A DNA stretch of 63,560 nt, filler included, from Reticulomyxa filosa (GCA_000512085.1; 18 parts of 18 records of this genome joined end to end with filler, not necessarily neighbours in it), one strand, 5' to 3'; positions 51,490 through 63,560 are shown, counted from the whole stretch's first letter. The notes: generated from the letters alone by a model not told the origin. Made by a program: numbers and translations.

Positions 51490-53036
51490 AGAAAAACAAG
51501 ACAAATCAATGGAAAGCAATACGTCAATTGATAAAGTAAAGTCTATTAATTCAGATCGATGGCGACCAGAAGAAAGTTCCGAATTCGTTAGCAATGCAAA
51601 AAATAAAAAGCAAATTACAGAACCGCAATTGAAACGAAGAAAACTAAACCATCCTCAATCGTCCCTTTCTTCTTCCTCCTCTTCTTCTTCCTCCTCATTT
51701 TCGTCATCACTCTCATCCTCATCTTCTACTTTGATCGCTCCCACTCTTGGCACAGGCGCGTTATGTTTTGTCTTTCGCACAATGTCCTATTTTCCTCGTT
51801 TTGAACAAAATGTGGACTTTTGCCACATAAAGCCCACGAAAAAAGAGAGGTGGGAGGGGGGGGGGAAAGAGTTTATTATCTGTGTTGGTGCATGTTAATC
51901 CACTCCTTTGGAAGGTGTATATTTGTTGTAGCTCTTTTCGTTAGGTTGTTGGTGGAAGTATAAAAAAAAATAAAAAATTTCTAAAACGTGACAAAAAAAA
52001 AAAAAAAAACGACAGCAGGCCTTGACGAAACGAATAAAAAATCAATGGAAGGGGAGGTCGTCGATGGCTCAGCAACAACGAGACCTAACAATGCACATGC
52101 AACAACAACGACAACAACAACAACAATTACTACTACAATGTTAAGCAAAGAGGACTTATCCCATTGGAACACTTCCGATCCAACAATGCATTGCGACAAT
52201 ACCTCCAAAAGCACGATCGAAAGAAATATCAAACACGACACATATTCATCACACAAAGAGACGACAAGTATGAATGACTTCCCTTTCGACACAGACGATA
52301 TCAATATGCCATTGGCAACTGAACATGTGTCAGCCACGGCGATAACCAATGTACATACCAATGACATCACTAATGTTCACAACCACAACAACAACAACAA
52401 CAACAACAACGGACAACATCTCACGGATGACGAATACGATCGTTCTAATAAAAAAAACAACAAAGAGGAGGCAAACGCAACGGACAGTTTTGATTCGTCT
52501 CGGCACGCACAAAACGATCAACAGCTCTCTGGAAATCGAACGGAGGAGAAACTATCCAGCTCAGGGGAGGAGCATACACCACTTGCCCACCATCAAAGTG
52601 GTCCTGAGAAAAATAAAAAATATGACTCCAAAAAAGGAGCAAGGTATGCCAATTATAGTATATGGTTTCAACGTAAATATACATTAAAAAAAAAAAATAA
52701 ATAAATAAATTAGAAATCGTGTCAAGAGCAACCGTAGTAGATCTCGGTCTCGTCGACGACGTGACAAAGAACATCAAACAAGTATGAAGTCATTTTTGAA
52801 ACGATACGAACGCGAAAAGGTCAGAGATAGAAAGCACTACCGCGAGAAGGAACGATCAAAGGACAAAAGCAAAGGAAAAGAGAAAAAGCATTTCACCAAA
52901 AAAGACATGGAAGGCAAAAGCGCGATCCTGCAAGCATTTCAAGAATTACTTCCATCCGAATTTGCTGATGCAAAAAAGCAAATCACAAAATTTCCTTCAT
53001 GGTTTGAAGAGGATTGCAAAGTGTGGTTTAAAACGG
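51490..53036 (+). CDS. Hypothetical low-complexity multi-exon protein, partial
   Basis: Three exon-like ORFs (Ser-rich, Thr/Asn-rich, Lys/Arg-rich) separated by AT-rich introns. Confidence 0.45.
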
Positions 53037-53238
53037 TATAACTTTTTTTTTTTTTTTTTTTTCTTCCCCCCCCCCCCCCCCCCCCCNNNNNNNNNNNNNN
53101 NNNNNNNNNNNNNNNNNNNNNNNNNNNNNNTTAATTAATTAANNNNNNNNNNNNNNNNNNNNNNNNNNNNNNNNNNNNNNNNNNNNTATTATTATTAATA
53201 TTATTATTATTAATATTATTATTATTAATAATAAAAGG

Positions 53239-53833
53239 AATATGAGTGTTCAAAATGCTGTTGACGCATATCGTCTTTGGCCAAGCAATTCCATTCCGAT
53301 TCAAATTGAACCAGCTTTATGGGAAAGCAATCCCCAATTAATGGAACAGCTCAGTCAAAAAGGGTACCAACCCTCAATGTTTGTTAATCAAACTCATGGC
53401 TCCATTCAGGTTTTGTGCTTCATATTGTTTTTGATTAACATGTCATCATACACGTATATAATATGTGTGTGTGTGTATATAGTGTGTCAAATTTGAAATG
53501 AATCCATACAATATTCCAATCCTTCACGGTGCTGCAGACTCGAATCGACGCACTACTGCCTCTGTAGAAGCTGTTTGCATTCAATCAAACGGGGACTACA
53601 ACGCCGTGAAAGATACCTCTTGTGCAAATGAGGATACCAGCAAAAAGAACAAGTCCGACTCCACTGCCATCATTATCGCTGTAGTCGTCTCTTCTGTCGT
53701 TCTTATCGCCGCTGCGTTTGTCTGCTTCTTTGTTCGCAAGCGGCGCAGAAGAAACTCGTACGAAAACTTGGACGATTTGGAAAGCAATCGCAAAAAGCCT
53801 GCCAAGTTTTTCAATATGTCCACTTTAAAATAA
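53239..53833 (+). CDS. Type I single-pass membrane protein, C-terminal exons
   Basis: TM helix AIIIAVVVSSVVLIAAAFVCFFV followed by RKRRRR and a short tail containing YENL. Confidence 0.65.
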
Positions 53834-54210
53834 AAGCAGACATTGTATTTCTTCCAAAGTGATAAGTGATCTGAAACAGCATCTTTTGGCTCATTTCTTT
53901 GTTTGTTCTTTTGGTCGTGGTCAATGCTTTTTCAGTCGCATGATTAAATAACATCACTGTAGCACTTTTTACTTTTTTGTTTATTTCACCATAAATTAAT
54001 TTTTTCTATCTATCTTCAGGAGCGTCATAAAATTCAAACGGTTTGCAAAAATCAAGTTTTTTTTAAAAAAAAGGATCTGAAAATACATTAAAACGAAGGA
54101 GCCACTCTTTATTTTTACCTTGGGTTTGTGCACATTGTTATGGCTTAGCAACAGTTAAAAGGGGGGAGGGGGTAAGCAGGGGGACATGAAAAAAAAAAAC
54201 TTGTCAAAAA

Positions 54211-54970
54211 ATGAGATATTCTCTTTTTGCAACATGGTCAAGATGCTGGGCACACGCGACCAAAAACAAATTTCAATTTGGAACAGGAAATTCAATCCAT
54301 TGTAAAACTTGGCAGTTTCAAACACATTGGAATTATAGTTCAGACGCAGCACCAAAACGAAAAAAAGTCCAAAAAACAAAGACAGAAAAGTTGAAAGAAG
54401 GATGGAGTGACAAATCAACGCGAAACATATTAATTACGGTAATATTGGGAACTGGTGTTTTGTTGTTTTGTTGGAACAAAATGATGAAGTTTTTGAACGG
54501 CGGTAAGAAAAACTGAATAATGGCTAGTCTTTTTTTTTATTTTTTCATTTCAAGCGAAGCACGACAGCGTGGATCAAATGTTTAAATATTTTTCTAAACA
54601 ATGTTCTAACATTATTATTGTCGTTATCATTGCAAAAAACATGCATATACACAACAATATATGAAAAGATGGCTTACGTAAATGGCGATCAGAAGTTTGG
54701 AGTCTAGTAGAAGAGCAAGATGCATCTCACCGAGGTGTGGAGCCACGGAAAGATGTCAAAACAACCAATCCAAACAAAAAAGTGTCAACAACTCCAGCAA
54801 ATAATGTCCGTGAAAAGGAAAGAAAACAAGCCGAAGAAAAGTTTGCAACTTGGGAAAGTGTTTCAAAAGCACAATTCCCACGGTCAAAAGAAGAGTATAT
54901 GATTCTTGCGAAACTATCTTCTCAAACTGTCGATGAATATGAAAAAAATGATGTCGCAAAGCCTCATTAA
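54211..54970 (+). CDS. Hypothetical small two-exon membrane-anchored protein
   Basis: Basic N-terminus, hydrophobic ILITVILGTGVLLFCW, a GT donor near 54503 and a second exon ending at 54970. Confidence 0.4.
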
Positions 54971-55940
54971 ATATTTTTGATTTATTCGCATGCTCATCTC
55001 ACCCTCTCTCTCACTGCTAATTACATTCAATATATCAACAACTCCCTCTCCTACTATTTTATGAAACACAGAAATTTCCCGATCTTTAGTCTGTCTTCTT
55101 AATTTTCCAAACGCTGAGATATTTATTTCCCTTTTTTTTCTTCTTCACTTTCGTCCATAAATAACTTTTGCTTTGGATATTCTTCTCCCTTCAGTTGAAG
55201 AGAAGACAGTAATCCTGTTGAACGAGGGGACAAACTTTTTTAGATTGAAAAATAATTTTTGTAAAAGATATGCCAATATATTCAACAAAATAAAGTAGAG
55301 TTGACAATAGTTACATTCATGCAAATAATACTACTGAGAGTGTTTTGAAGTGAGCAAGAGAAATATTGATCTTTGGACTGTGCAAAAAACAAGTTCCTAG
55401 TACTGAGTAATAAGAAGAGCGCAGGCTGTGAGACGTCGCGGACACAATCTCTAATATGACGTGCATTGATCACTTGCGAGGAGCCAACAGGTCATGCAAT
55501 GCAACAAGGAGCGCTGTGGTGCGCAAAGTCACAGCAAAAAAAAAAAAAGAGAGTACAAAGATTTGAGTATGCAAGTGCAAGAATTGGAACCAATGTATTG
55601 AGAAAGAAACACAGTATTCCAAATACTTGTCGTAACTTGTCACACAATGAAATACAGAAAAATATGAAATGCACAAATCAATAAAATAAAAAAAAAAGGA
55701 AAAAAGGGAAATAAAAGAAAACAAAACACAACAAAAAAAAAAAAAAAAAATTAGCTTNNNNNNNNNNNNNNNNNNNNNNNNNNNNNNNNNNNNNNNNNNN
55801 NTTAATTAATTAANNNNNNNNNNNNNNNNNNNNNNNNNNNNNNNNNNNNNNNNNNNNTATATATATATTTATTGATTTATTTGTATTTATATTGATATCC
55901 ATTCATAACATAAAATTGAAACAATATACACTTGGTATAG

Positions 55941-56488
55941 TACATGATGTCTACTCATCAAATCGTATGTGCGCTATTCATACTGGCAATAGTAATGGGC
56001 TTTGTCATGCTTTTATTTTTTGGATGGCATGTGTATTTGGTATTGACCAATGTGACTACCAATGAAAAAATGAAGTACTCTGAATTAGAGAGTTATATGA
56101 AGCACTTAGCCAAATATAAACAAGCACAACAAGACAAACTGAAAAAACAAGCCACCTTGGATGCAAATACCTCTGCTTCACAGGCCACTGTTCCGAGAAA
56201 CAAAAACAAACTGGCTCCACTTCGTTAGTATCATCTTCAACACAACCGACCCTACAACAAGAACAAGACAAATCTTTGACGACAGAAGAAAAAACACAAT
56301 CCACTGCCACAACGAAGACCGAACGAAGACCTCCATACAAAGAGTACACCGGAGCGTGGAAGGATGTCAATGTTTACAATAGAGGAGCCTTGTTCAATCT
56401 CATGGAAGTTCTTTCTCCATTTCGACATTTTAAACGAGACAATAAAAATATTAAACAGCAACCTTCACATCATAAAAAACAAGAGTAA
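55941..56488 (+). CDS. DHHC palmitoyl acyltransferase, C-terminal exon (one frameshift near 56200)
   Basis: Last TM helix, then HVYLVLTNVTTNE (TTxE motif) and NVYNRGALFNLMEVL (PaCCT-like motif). Confidence 0.8.
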
Positions 56489-58277
56489 TATTCAATACAC
56501 ACATACAACCACTTTATTCTCTGTTACCTTTGCCATTGTTGCCATTATTATTTTTTTATATGGTTGTCAACAACTCGCATGTTTTCAGTTTAAACAATTT
56601 TTTTTTTACGTTATGAATGTATAGCGAAATTTGTTTTCCACAAAAAAATTTGCAAAGCCAGATTTCACTTATAAGATTTGATACTGCTTGTATTATCAGT
56701 TTTTACACAAAAAAAAAAAGTTCTGCAACAATATGGATTTTTCTTTGACAAAATGAAATTAATAACAAAATGTTTGCTTTTATCTGATAATGAAAAAAGA
56801 AAAATCGGCAAATGATGATATTTTTTGATAAAAAAAATATTTGTCTGTCGAAGTGAGGCCATTCCCAACCAGCACCCCAGCCCCGCTACTCCCACCCTCA
56901 ACCAACCCGACTCAATAAGGCAGATCACACTTTTTTTTAATTTTTTGTTTTTTTGCAAGGGAAAATTGTTCAACTTTTCTTTTTTACAAAAGAAAATCAG
57001 TAATCTTTTCAAAAGACGTTTCAGGTCTTGGACAGTCTTAGTGTTATGTTATTATCGCAACGCACATGTGTGACGATTCAGCATTTTCTCAAACGCAACG
57101 TCTCTTCTACCAACAACGGAACACCGTGGGAAGTCGACATTAATTCATTATGTAGCAAGGTCGGCTTTGAAACAACAGATTGTGAATGGAGTACCCCACA
57201 TTGTTACAACTCAAATTAAAATAGCTTGAAGATTTGTATCTTTGGATATACGCCAATGTCTGAGAGATTAATGGGGACAGCTGTTAACATATCGTGTCAC
57301 AGACGTCGTGCCAAGTTTCGTTCGAGCACATTGTCGACAAAACAGAAAGGAGTGTGAGTGTATCCGATTTATTGAATACACCACCAAAGGTCTTATTGAA
57401 GCAGCTTGTGGAACTGGACAAGTTCATTAAATATCCAGACGAAGTCTTTCGTCCTTTTGTCTCCGAAGCTTCCAATTACGCCGTCCATGCGCAAGTGCAA
57501 AAACACAAAGAAAATATTGAATTGTTTTTTCGAAATGGAAACTACCAACGTGCCAAAACAAAGTTGAGCGAGCTCAAAGATTTGAATTCGGTTTTAAAAA
57601 TGAAGACATTGAACATGAGTACAACGATTGCATCGCAAAGCTGACCAAAGAATGGAATCAAACATGTGAAAATTCCAAATCGATGTTCAATACACACATC
57701 ACTTACATAACAATTCTGTTGGTCTTTTATCTTTTTTATTTTGAACCAATTATTCAATTTTTTAATTTTTTGTAATAAATATCATTCACTTCTCTTTCTT
57801 CTTGTCGCTCGTCGTTTTTCTTTCCACGTCATAAACTCACCGTTGGGAGAGACTACTTTGGTTATACCATGTCACTTTCATTGGAATAGCTTTTTTTACT
57901 GCTACAAAAAAAATTCTTTTGGTTGAACACTACACTTTTAGCTTAGTTTTATGTCCTCTATCATCATTATGATTTTCAAGACTTAAAGCAAATGATAAAA
58001 CAAAATTTTGTTCCTCTGTTCATGCACAGCCTTTCCGGATGGTAGAAAGAAAGAGAAAAAAAAGCAGAAGGTACTTTACTTAAAAAAGTTGTACATTTTG
58101 TTTTTTTTCAAAAATTTGCGTTTCATTTTAGAGAATATTTGCTACTCTGCAAGCATTTTTGTTCACCTCTGAAATGCAAAGTAAAGAATGCTTATTTTTA
58201 TTATTTACTTTTTGATTAAAAAGACTTTTTTTGTCGTACGTACAAAAAAAATATGTTGATTTGTTTAAGCTCAAGAC

Positions 58278-61200
58278 GTGTCGGTGCACGCTGACCTTGT
58301 GGCAGAACTTCGTGAAGGAATGCAAAATGATAACCCTCCCAATGAAGAAAATAGAAAATACAAAAAAGAAACAAAGATATTGCGCAAATTATTTGGCGAT
58401 TTGGTTCAAAAGGAAGAATTACAACAAAAAATGGAACATTATAATGGAGACATTGAATCGGTCATTAAAGAGATCATACAACAATCGATTGAAAATGAGG
58501 TATAAGACAGCATCATAACTTTTATTCCTGTCCTCAAACGTATTGTTTGATTTGTCTTTTTTTTTTTTTTAAAAGAATAAATTAGAATCTGAAACCAAGA
58601 TCGACGGACTGGAAGATGTAGACCAGGTACTTAATAATTACTTTACTCTTTACGTATATAATTTGATTTTTTATTGATAACAGAAACAAAAAGATGCAGA
58701 AAATGAAAGCACATTGCGTCGAATCAATAGCAGTGGGCTACAAAAAGAAATGGAAAAAGCTGAAATTGGAGAAACAAGACCGGGGATCAACCTACAAGGA
58801 TATTGCACAAACGAGACTTGTCTTGCATCAAAAGGAAAGCTACCGGTGTGGATTAATGTGGGATTTGGTAATATTTCATTTGTTCCAAACGCAAACCTCT
58901 TTTGTTGTCCGGATTGCAAAAAATTAACAGTGACCTCAATTGCAAAGGCAATGTTCTACAATTCAGAGCACTCGATTTGTTCAAGTAGTGATTTAATACC
59001 AGTAAAAGCTAACAACTATCAGTGTTCATATCCAATTCAATCTGGACTTTCGTATGAATTGCAAGCGCAAAATATCAGACAGCATGCAGCAAGTATTGAG
59101 GATTTAAGAGAAAGAAGCGAACATGCAATGAACAGCAAGGAAATAATCGATTTGGTGACCGAATTACAGAAATACGAGATTACTGTTGTGAAACCACCCA
59201 GTTTGAAAGGGAACGAAAGATTATTAGAAAAAATTCAAGCGGATTACGGCGGAGATTTTAATCAAGCATTCGATATTGGTAGATTTACTATTCTATGTGA
59301 TAATCCTATCAAATTGCAAACAGCAGTGGCAGTGCTGAAAAAAGCAGAACAATTTCATTTGATTGTATCAGAAGATAAAGATTTTTTTGAAAAACAATCG
59401 AAAACACATCATCGATTTCATAATATCAAACTGTATGTTCCGAAGCATGATGTATATATTGAAATGCAAGCGACATTGAAACATTTTACAACACTAGAAG
59501 GATACACTGTGATTGAAAATCCGAAATTGAGTCATTTATTTTATGAACAGATCAGAGCATGGAAGCCAAACAACTCAACAAAAGAAGAAGAAGAGCTGAA
59601 ACAAGCCAGTGATGAAATGCTAACCAAAATTAACGATATAATTTGTGAGTGGATTTCTGAAAAAGAAATTAAAAAGATCTCCAATCGCTATAAACCATAT
59701 TCAGAAATTGGAATATTCAAACCGCCACAATTAAGGGAAATTACAGAAGAACAAATTAATATTGGTAATGATGTCCCATTGAAATTAACAAAATTTGTGT
59801 ATGATCAACTTTGTACATTCAATCCAATACAAATGAAAGCAAAGGCAATATATATGGTTTTATTTGATTATTTCAAAAAACATATTATGGGTGTGGCAAA
59901 TCCAGTAAGTTGTGAAGAGGTTGCATTGATATTACAAGAAGCAAGAGAGAAAGAATTGGAAGAAGATTCAGCAATAGCACAAGCGCTTGAGACATACATT
60001 CCATTGCATGCAAATAATTATCCATACATCGGTAATGATAATAATGACAAAACTACTGGCTATGACTGTTATCAACGTGTCATTGAATTTTTGGAAGAAG
60101 AAAAAAAGAGTGATCAACAAAGAGAAGTAATGATATTACAAGGAAAATCAGGATCAGGAAAAAGTTTATTTTGTCGTCATTTAGAAGAAACTTTATGGAA
60201 GACATATGATAGCAATCCGAAAAAACCACTTCCTGTTTATATTTCGTTACCAAAATGCTATAGTGGATTGAATGAACAGCAGCTAATTTCTCAAGCTTTG
60301 CAAATGAAACAAATTAATAAAGAGATGATTGATGCTATCCGTGAGAAAACTTCATTTGTATTTCTTTTGGATGGATTCGATGAAATATTTGACATTTACG
60401 CCAATAACAATCCTAATGAAAGATCTGTATATAACCGTTTTAATTTTGGACAATGGAATGCAAAAGTAATAGTCACTTGTCGAAGCAATGTATTAAATGA
60501 CGAAGATATTAAACAAGTTTTAATTGGTTCAAACAGCGCAACAACATCAATGATGTATTTATGGCCTTTTTCAAAGGACCAAATGCATGGCTACATTGAC
60601 AAGTTTGTGCAATTAAACCAAAAAAATAAAATGAATGGAAATTTCGATTGGACAACACGACAATGTGAAGAAACATTGAAAAATTATCCCAATTTGAACA
60701 AGATGATGGAAGAACCTTTTTTACTTCAGTTGATATTGACAGTATTACCGGTATTGACAAAACAACATTCTGTAGGAACTAAAATATCAAAAGCACAAGT
60801 ATATGAAGCATTTAACGAACAATGGCTTGATCTTCATATCCAAAATATTTCCAGTAAATTGGCAGAATTAAGGATTCAAACAAACCTAAAAAAAATCAAA
60901 ACAAGATTTGAAAGATACTGTCTTGACTTGGGATTTGAGATGTTTATTCAGGGTAGCCATATTGCAACAGAAAATGATAGCACGCAATATGACAATGCAG
61001 AAACTACTATCGCAGATCCGAAGATAGAGTGGAAGAATAAAATAGACGTGAACGAAGAGATTGAAGAAAAGACCAATAAAACTGCTACTTCAACTTCAAA
61101 AACAAAAAGTATTTGGAAATATTTTGGTGGCGAAAGTATTTCCAAATATACATCGAAAGGAAGTGAAAAAAATAAGTCTCAAAATGTAGATGAAAATGTG

Positions 61201-63560
61201 GAAATAAAAACAAGGAATGAAATGGATACTCCAAATTTAGAAACGCAAGATGTTTGGGAAAAATATTTTAATGGCGATAGTATTGCTAAATATGTGTTGA
61301 GAAGAATTGGCAACAACAAATATCAATTTTTACATAAATCGTGTCAAGAATATTACGCAGCAGCAAAAATTATAAGTGATATCATTTCATGGAAACCTAA
61401 TGCAAATATTGGGTTCGATGATCGACAATTTCAACAGCGCTTCGAAAGACGTATTCCAAGTTTACTTATTAATTGTAAATTGCTAAATGAAGAGCCGGGA
61501 ATAGTTAAATTTATTGCTGAGCGAATTCATGACACAAAACCAGTATTTACGAATTTGAAATCACGCTTGTTTCGCATAATTGACGCATCAAAAACAAACG
61601 AAAAAGTTTGTATTGCTGCAGCAAATGCAATTACCATACTCAATTCCGCGAGCGTGAACATGCATTATCAAAACTGGAGCAATATCAAAATTCCTTATGC
61701 AATCTTAGACTACTCATTCCTTGAAGGAACAAACTTTAAAAATGCCAATTTGGATCATGTTAGTTTTCACCAAACGTATTTAAACAATGCAAATTTTACA
61801 AAAGCATCAATGAATGGCGTTCATTTTGGAGAATATGCTTATTTAGAAGGACATTCCGGTGATGTGATTAGAGTTCAATATTTTCCTGATGGCTCTAAAG
61901 TTGTTTCCTGTTCAAATGATCGCACAATTCGGGTATGGGATGTATCATCAGGAAAACAACTTCAAGTATTAAAAGGGAATTCGAATTCGATTACTGATGC
62001 ACAATTTTCTCCAAACGATTTTAAAACTACGGCCTATTCCGAGAACAATATAATTCAAATATGGGACACATTGTCAGGGAAACAACTGCAAATGATGAAA
62101 GGACATTCCGGTCTCATAACTGGGCTTCGATTTTCACCAGATGGTTCCAAAATTGTGTCATATTCGGAAGATAAATCAATACGAATATGGGATGTATCAT
62201 CAGGGGAACAGATTCAATTATGTGAAGGCCACTCAGGCACAGTGACCGGAGCGCTGTTTTCACACGATGGTTCCAAGATTGTTTCACGTTCATATGACAA
62301 AACAGTTCGAGTATGGGATGTAATGTCAGGAAATCAACTTCAAATAATACAAGGTCACGCAAATTCAGCCACAATTGTACAATTTTCACCAGATGGTTCA
62401 AAAATTGTGACATCTTCAAATGATCAAACAATTCGAATCTGGAATACATTATCAGGAGAACATATACAATCACTTGAAGGGCATTCAGGCACAGTGACCG
62501 GTGTGCAATTCTCATCAGACAGTTTAAAACTTATTTCACGCTCACATGATAAAACGATTCGAGTATGGGATATATTGTCAAAACTTCAACTTCAAAAAAT
62601 GGAAGGGCATTCTGGTAGTATAAATGATGTGCAATTTTCCCCTGATGAATCCAAAATTGTGTCGTGCTCAAATGATCAAACAATTCGAATATGGAACGTA
62701 TCATCAGGAAAACAGTTGCAATCATTAGAGGGGCATTTGGGTCCAGTAACTGCTGTACAATTTGCATCTGATGGCTCCAAAATTGTTTCATGTTCACGTG
62801 ATAAGTTAATCCGTATATGGGATGTGTTATCAGGAGAACACGTTCAATTGTTAGAAGGACATGCAAACTGGATTACCGGAGTGCAATTTTCTTCTGATGG
62901 TTTTAAAATTGCTTCATGCTCGCGTGATAGAACAATTCGAATATGGGAAACAGTATCAGGAAAACAACTCCAAGTATTAGAAGGACACTCAAATTGGGTA
63001 ACTGGTATGCACTTTTCACCAGATGGTTCAAAACTTGTAACATGTTCATCCGATAAAACAATTCGATTATGGGATGTATTGTCAGGAAAACAACTTTCGA
63101 AAATGATAGAATATTCATGTGAGATAAATAGTGTTCAATTTTCTACTGATGGTTTAAAGATTGTGTTATATTCATATGATGAATCAATTCGAATATGGGA
63201 CATATCATCAGGAAACGAGACTCAATTGTCAGAGGGACGTTCGAATTGGGCACTTTCTATGCGCTTTTCATTAGATGGTTCAAAAATTGTATCTTGTTTA
63301 GAGGACAAGTCAATCCGAATATTGGACGCATCATCAGGCCAACAGATCCAATTAATGGAAGGACATTCAAATTGGGTTACTGGTGTACAGTTTTCTCCTG
63401 ATGGTTCCAAAATTATCACGTGCTCAAATGATCAAATCATTCGAATATGGGATATATTATCAGGAAAACAGCTTCAACAAATGGAAGGGCACTCATCCGA
63501 AGTGAATGCTGCTCAATTTTCCCCTGATGGTTCTAAAATTGTTTCATGTTCAAATGATCA
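58278..63560 (+). CDS. NLR-like STAND protein: CUE-like / Zn-ribbon / RelA-SpoT-like / NACHT / pentapeptide / WD40; join(58278-58499, 58576-58626, 58684->63560)
   Basis: I found no stop in frame from 58684 to the window end. Walker A GKSGSGKS 60142-60165, Walker B FVFLLDGFDE 60355-60384, VTCRS, PFLL, FLHKSCQEYYAA, pentapeptide repeats at about 61665-61830, WD40 from 61843. Confidence 0.93.
61843..63560 (+). repeat. Array of at least 14 WD40 repeats with a strict 126-bp period
   Basis: The GH-equivalent codons fall at 61849 + 126n through 63487. Confidence 0.95.

Noticed and set aside
7364-55857. Recurring TTAATTAATTAA flanked by N runs, read as a biological repeat or array
   Set aside because: It is an identical 100-bp assembly linker with stops in all six frames. 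ORFs containing X runs that end in it are artefacts.
61843-63560. 126-bp periodic repeats as a CRISPR-like array, and the antisense ORFs at 62114-63419
   Set aside because: The repeats are in-frame WD40 codons without unique spacers. The minus-strand ORFs are shadows of the coding repeat.
29303-63560. Treating the RNF213-like gene, the NLR and other genes as one operon-like island
   Set aside because: They lie on different contigs, so their order in the window is arbitrary.

Overview
This window is not one locus. It is 18 short contigs joined by 17 artificial 100-bp linkers (N44-TTAATTAATTAA-N44), so adjacency across linkers means nothing. Seventeen contigs are AT-rich eukaryotic DNA with short GT-AG introns and (AAT)n/poly-A tracts. 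EFL, a highly divergent alpha-tubulin and a distinctive expanded WD40 family point to a foraminiferan such as Reticulomyxa (inference). One contig (35213-36335) is GC-rich bacterial DNA carrying iolC and a divergent RpiR/IolR regulator. Recognisable eukaryotic genes: CAP-Gly protein, GNAT acetyltransferase, several WD40 paralogues and pseudogenes, XK-like membrane proteins, alpha-tubulin, a PPR-SMR pseudogene, a 7-exon CDPK, an RNF213-like RZ-finger E3 ligase, TAF1, an FCP1/SCP-type phosphatase, an EFL pseudogene, a PWI protein and a DHHC palmitoyltransferase. There are also Tc1/mariner, MITE and LINE relics. The standout is missing from the ORF track because it runs off the window end. It is an NLR-like gene (58278 to beyond 63560) with the order CUE-like / Zn-ribbon / RelA-SpoT-like synthetase / NACHT / pentapeptide / at least 14 WD40 repeats, a candidate immune receptor coupled to an alarmone-type enzyme. 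Other leads are an intron-containing gene with a bacterial/phage-type macrodomain-like fold, and a ~670-nt G.U-rich fold-back downstream of the phosphatase gene. All family calls come from motif recognition by eye; no searches were run.
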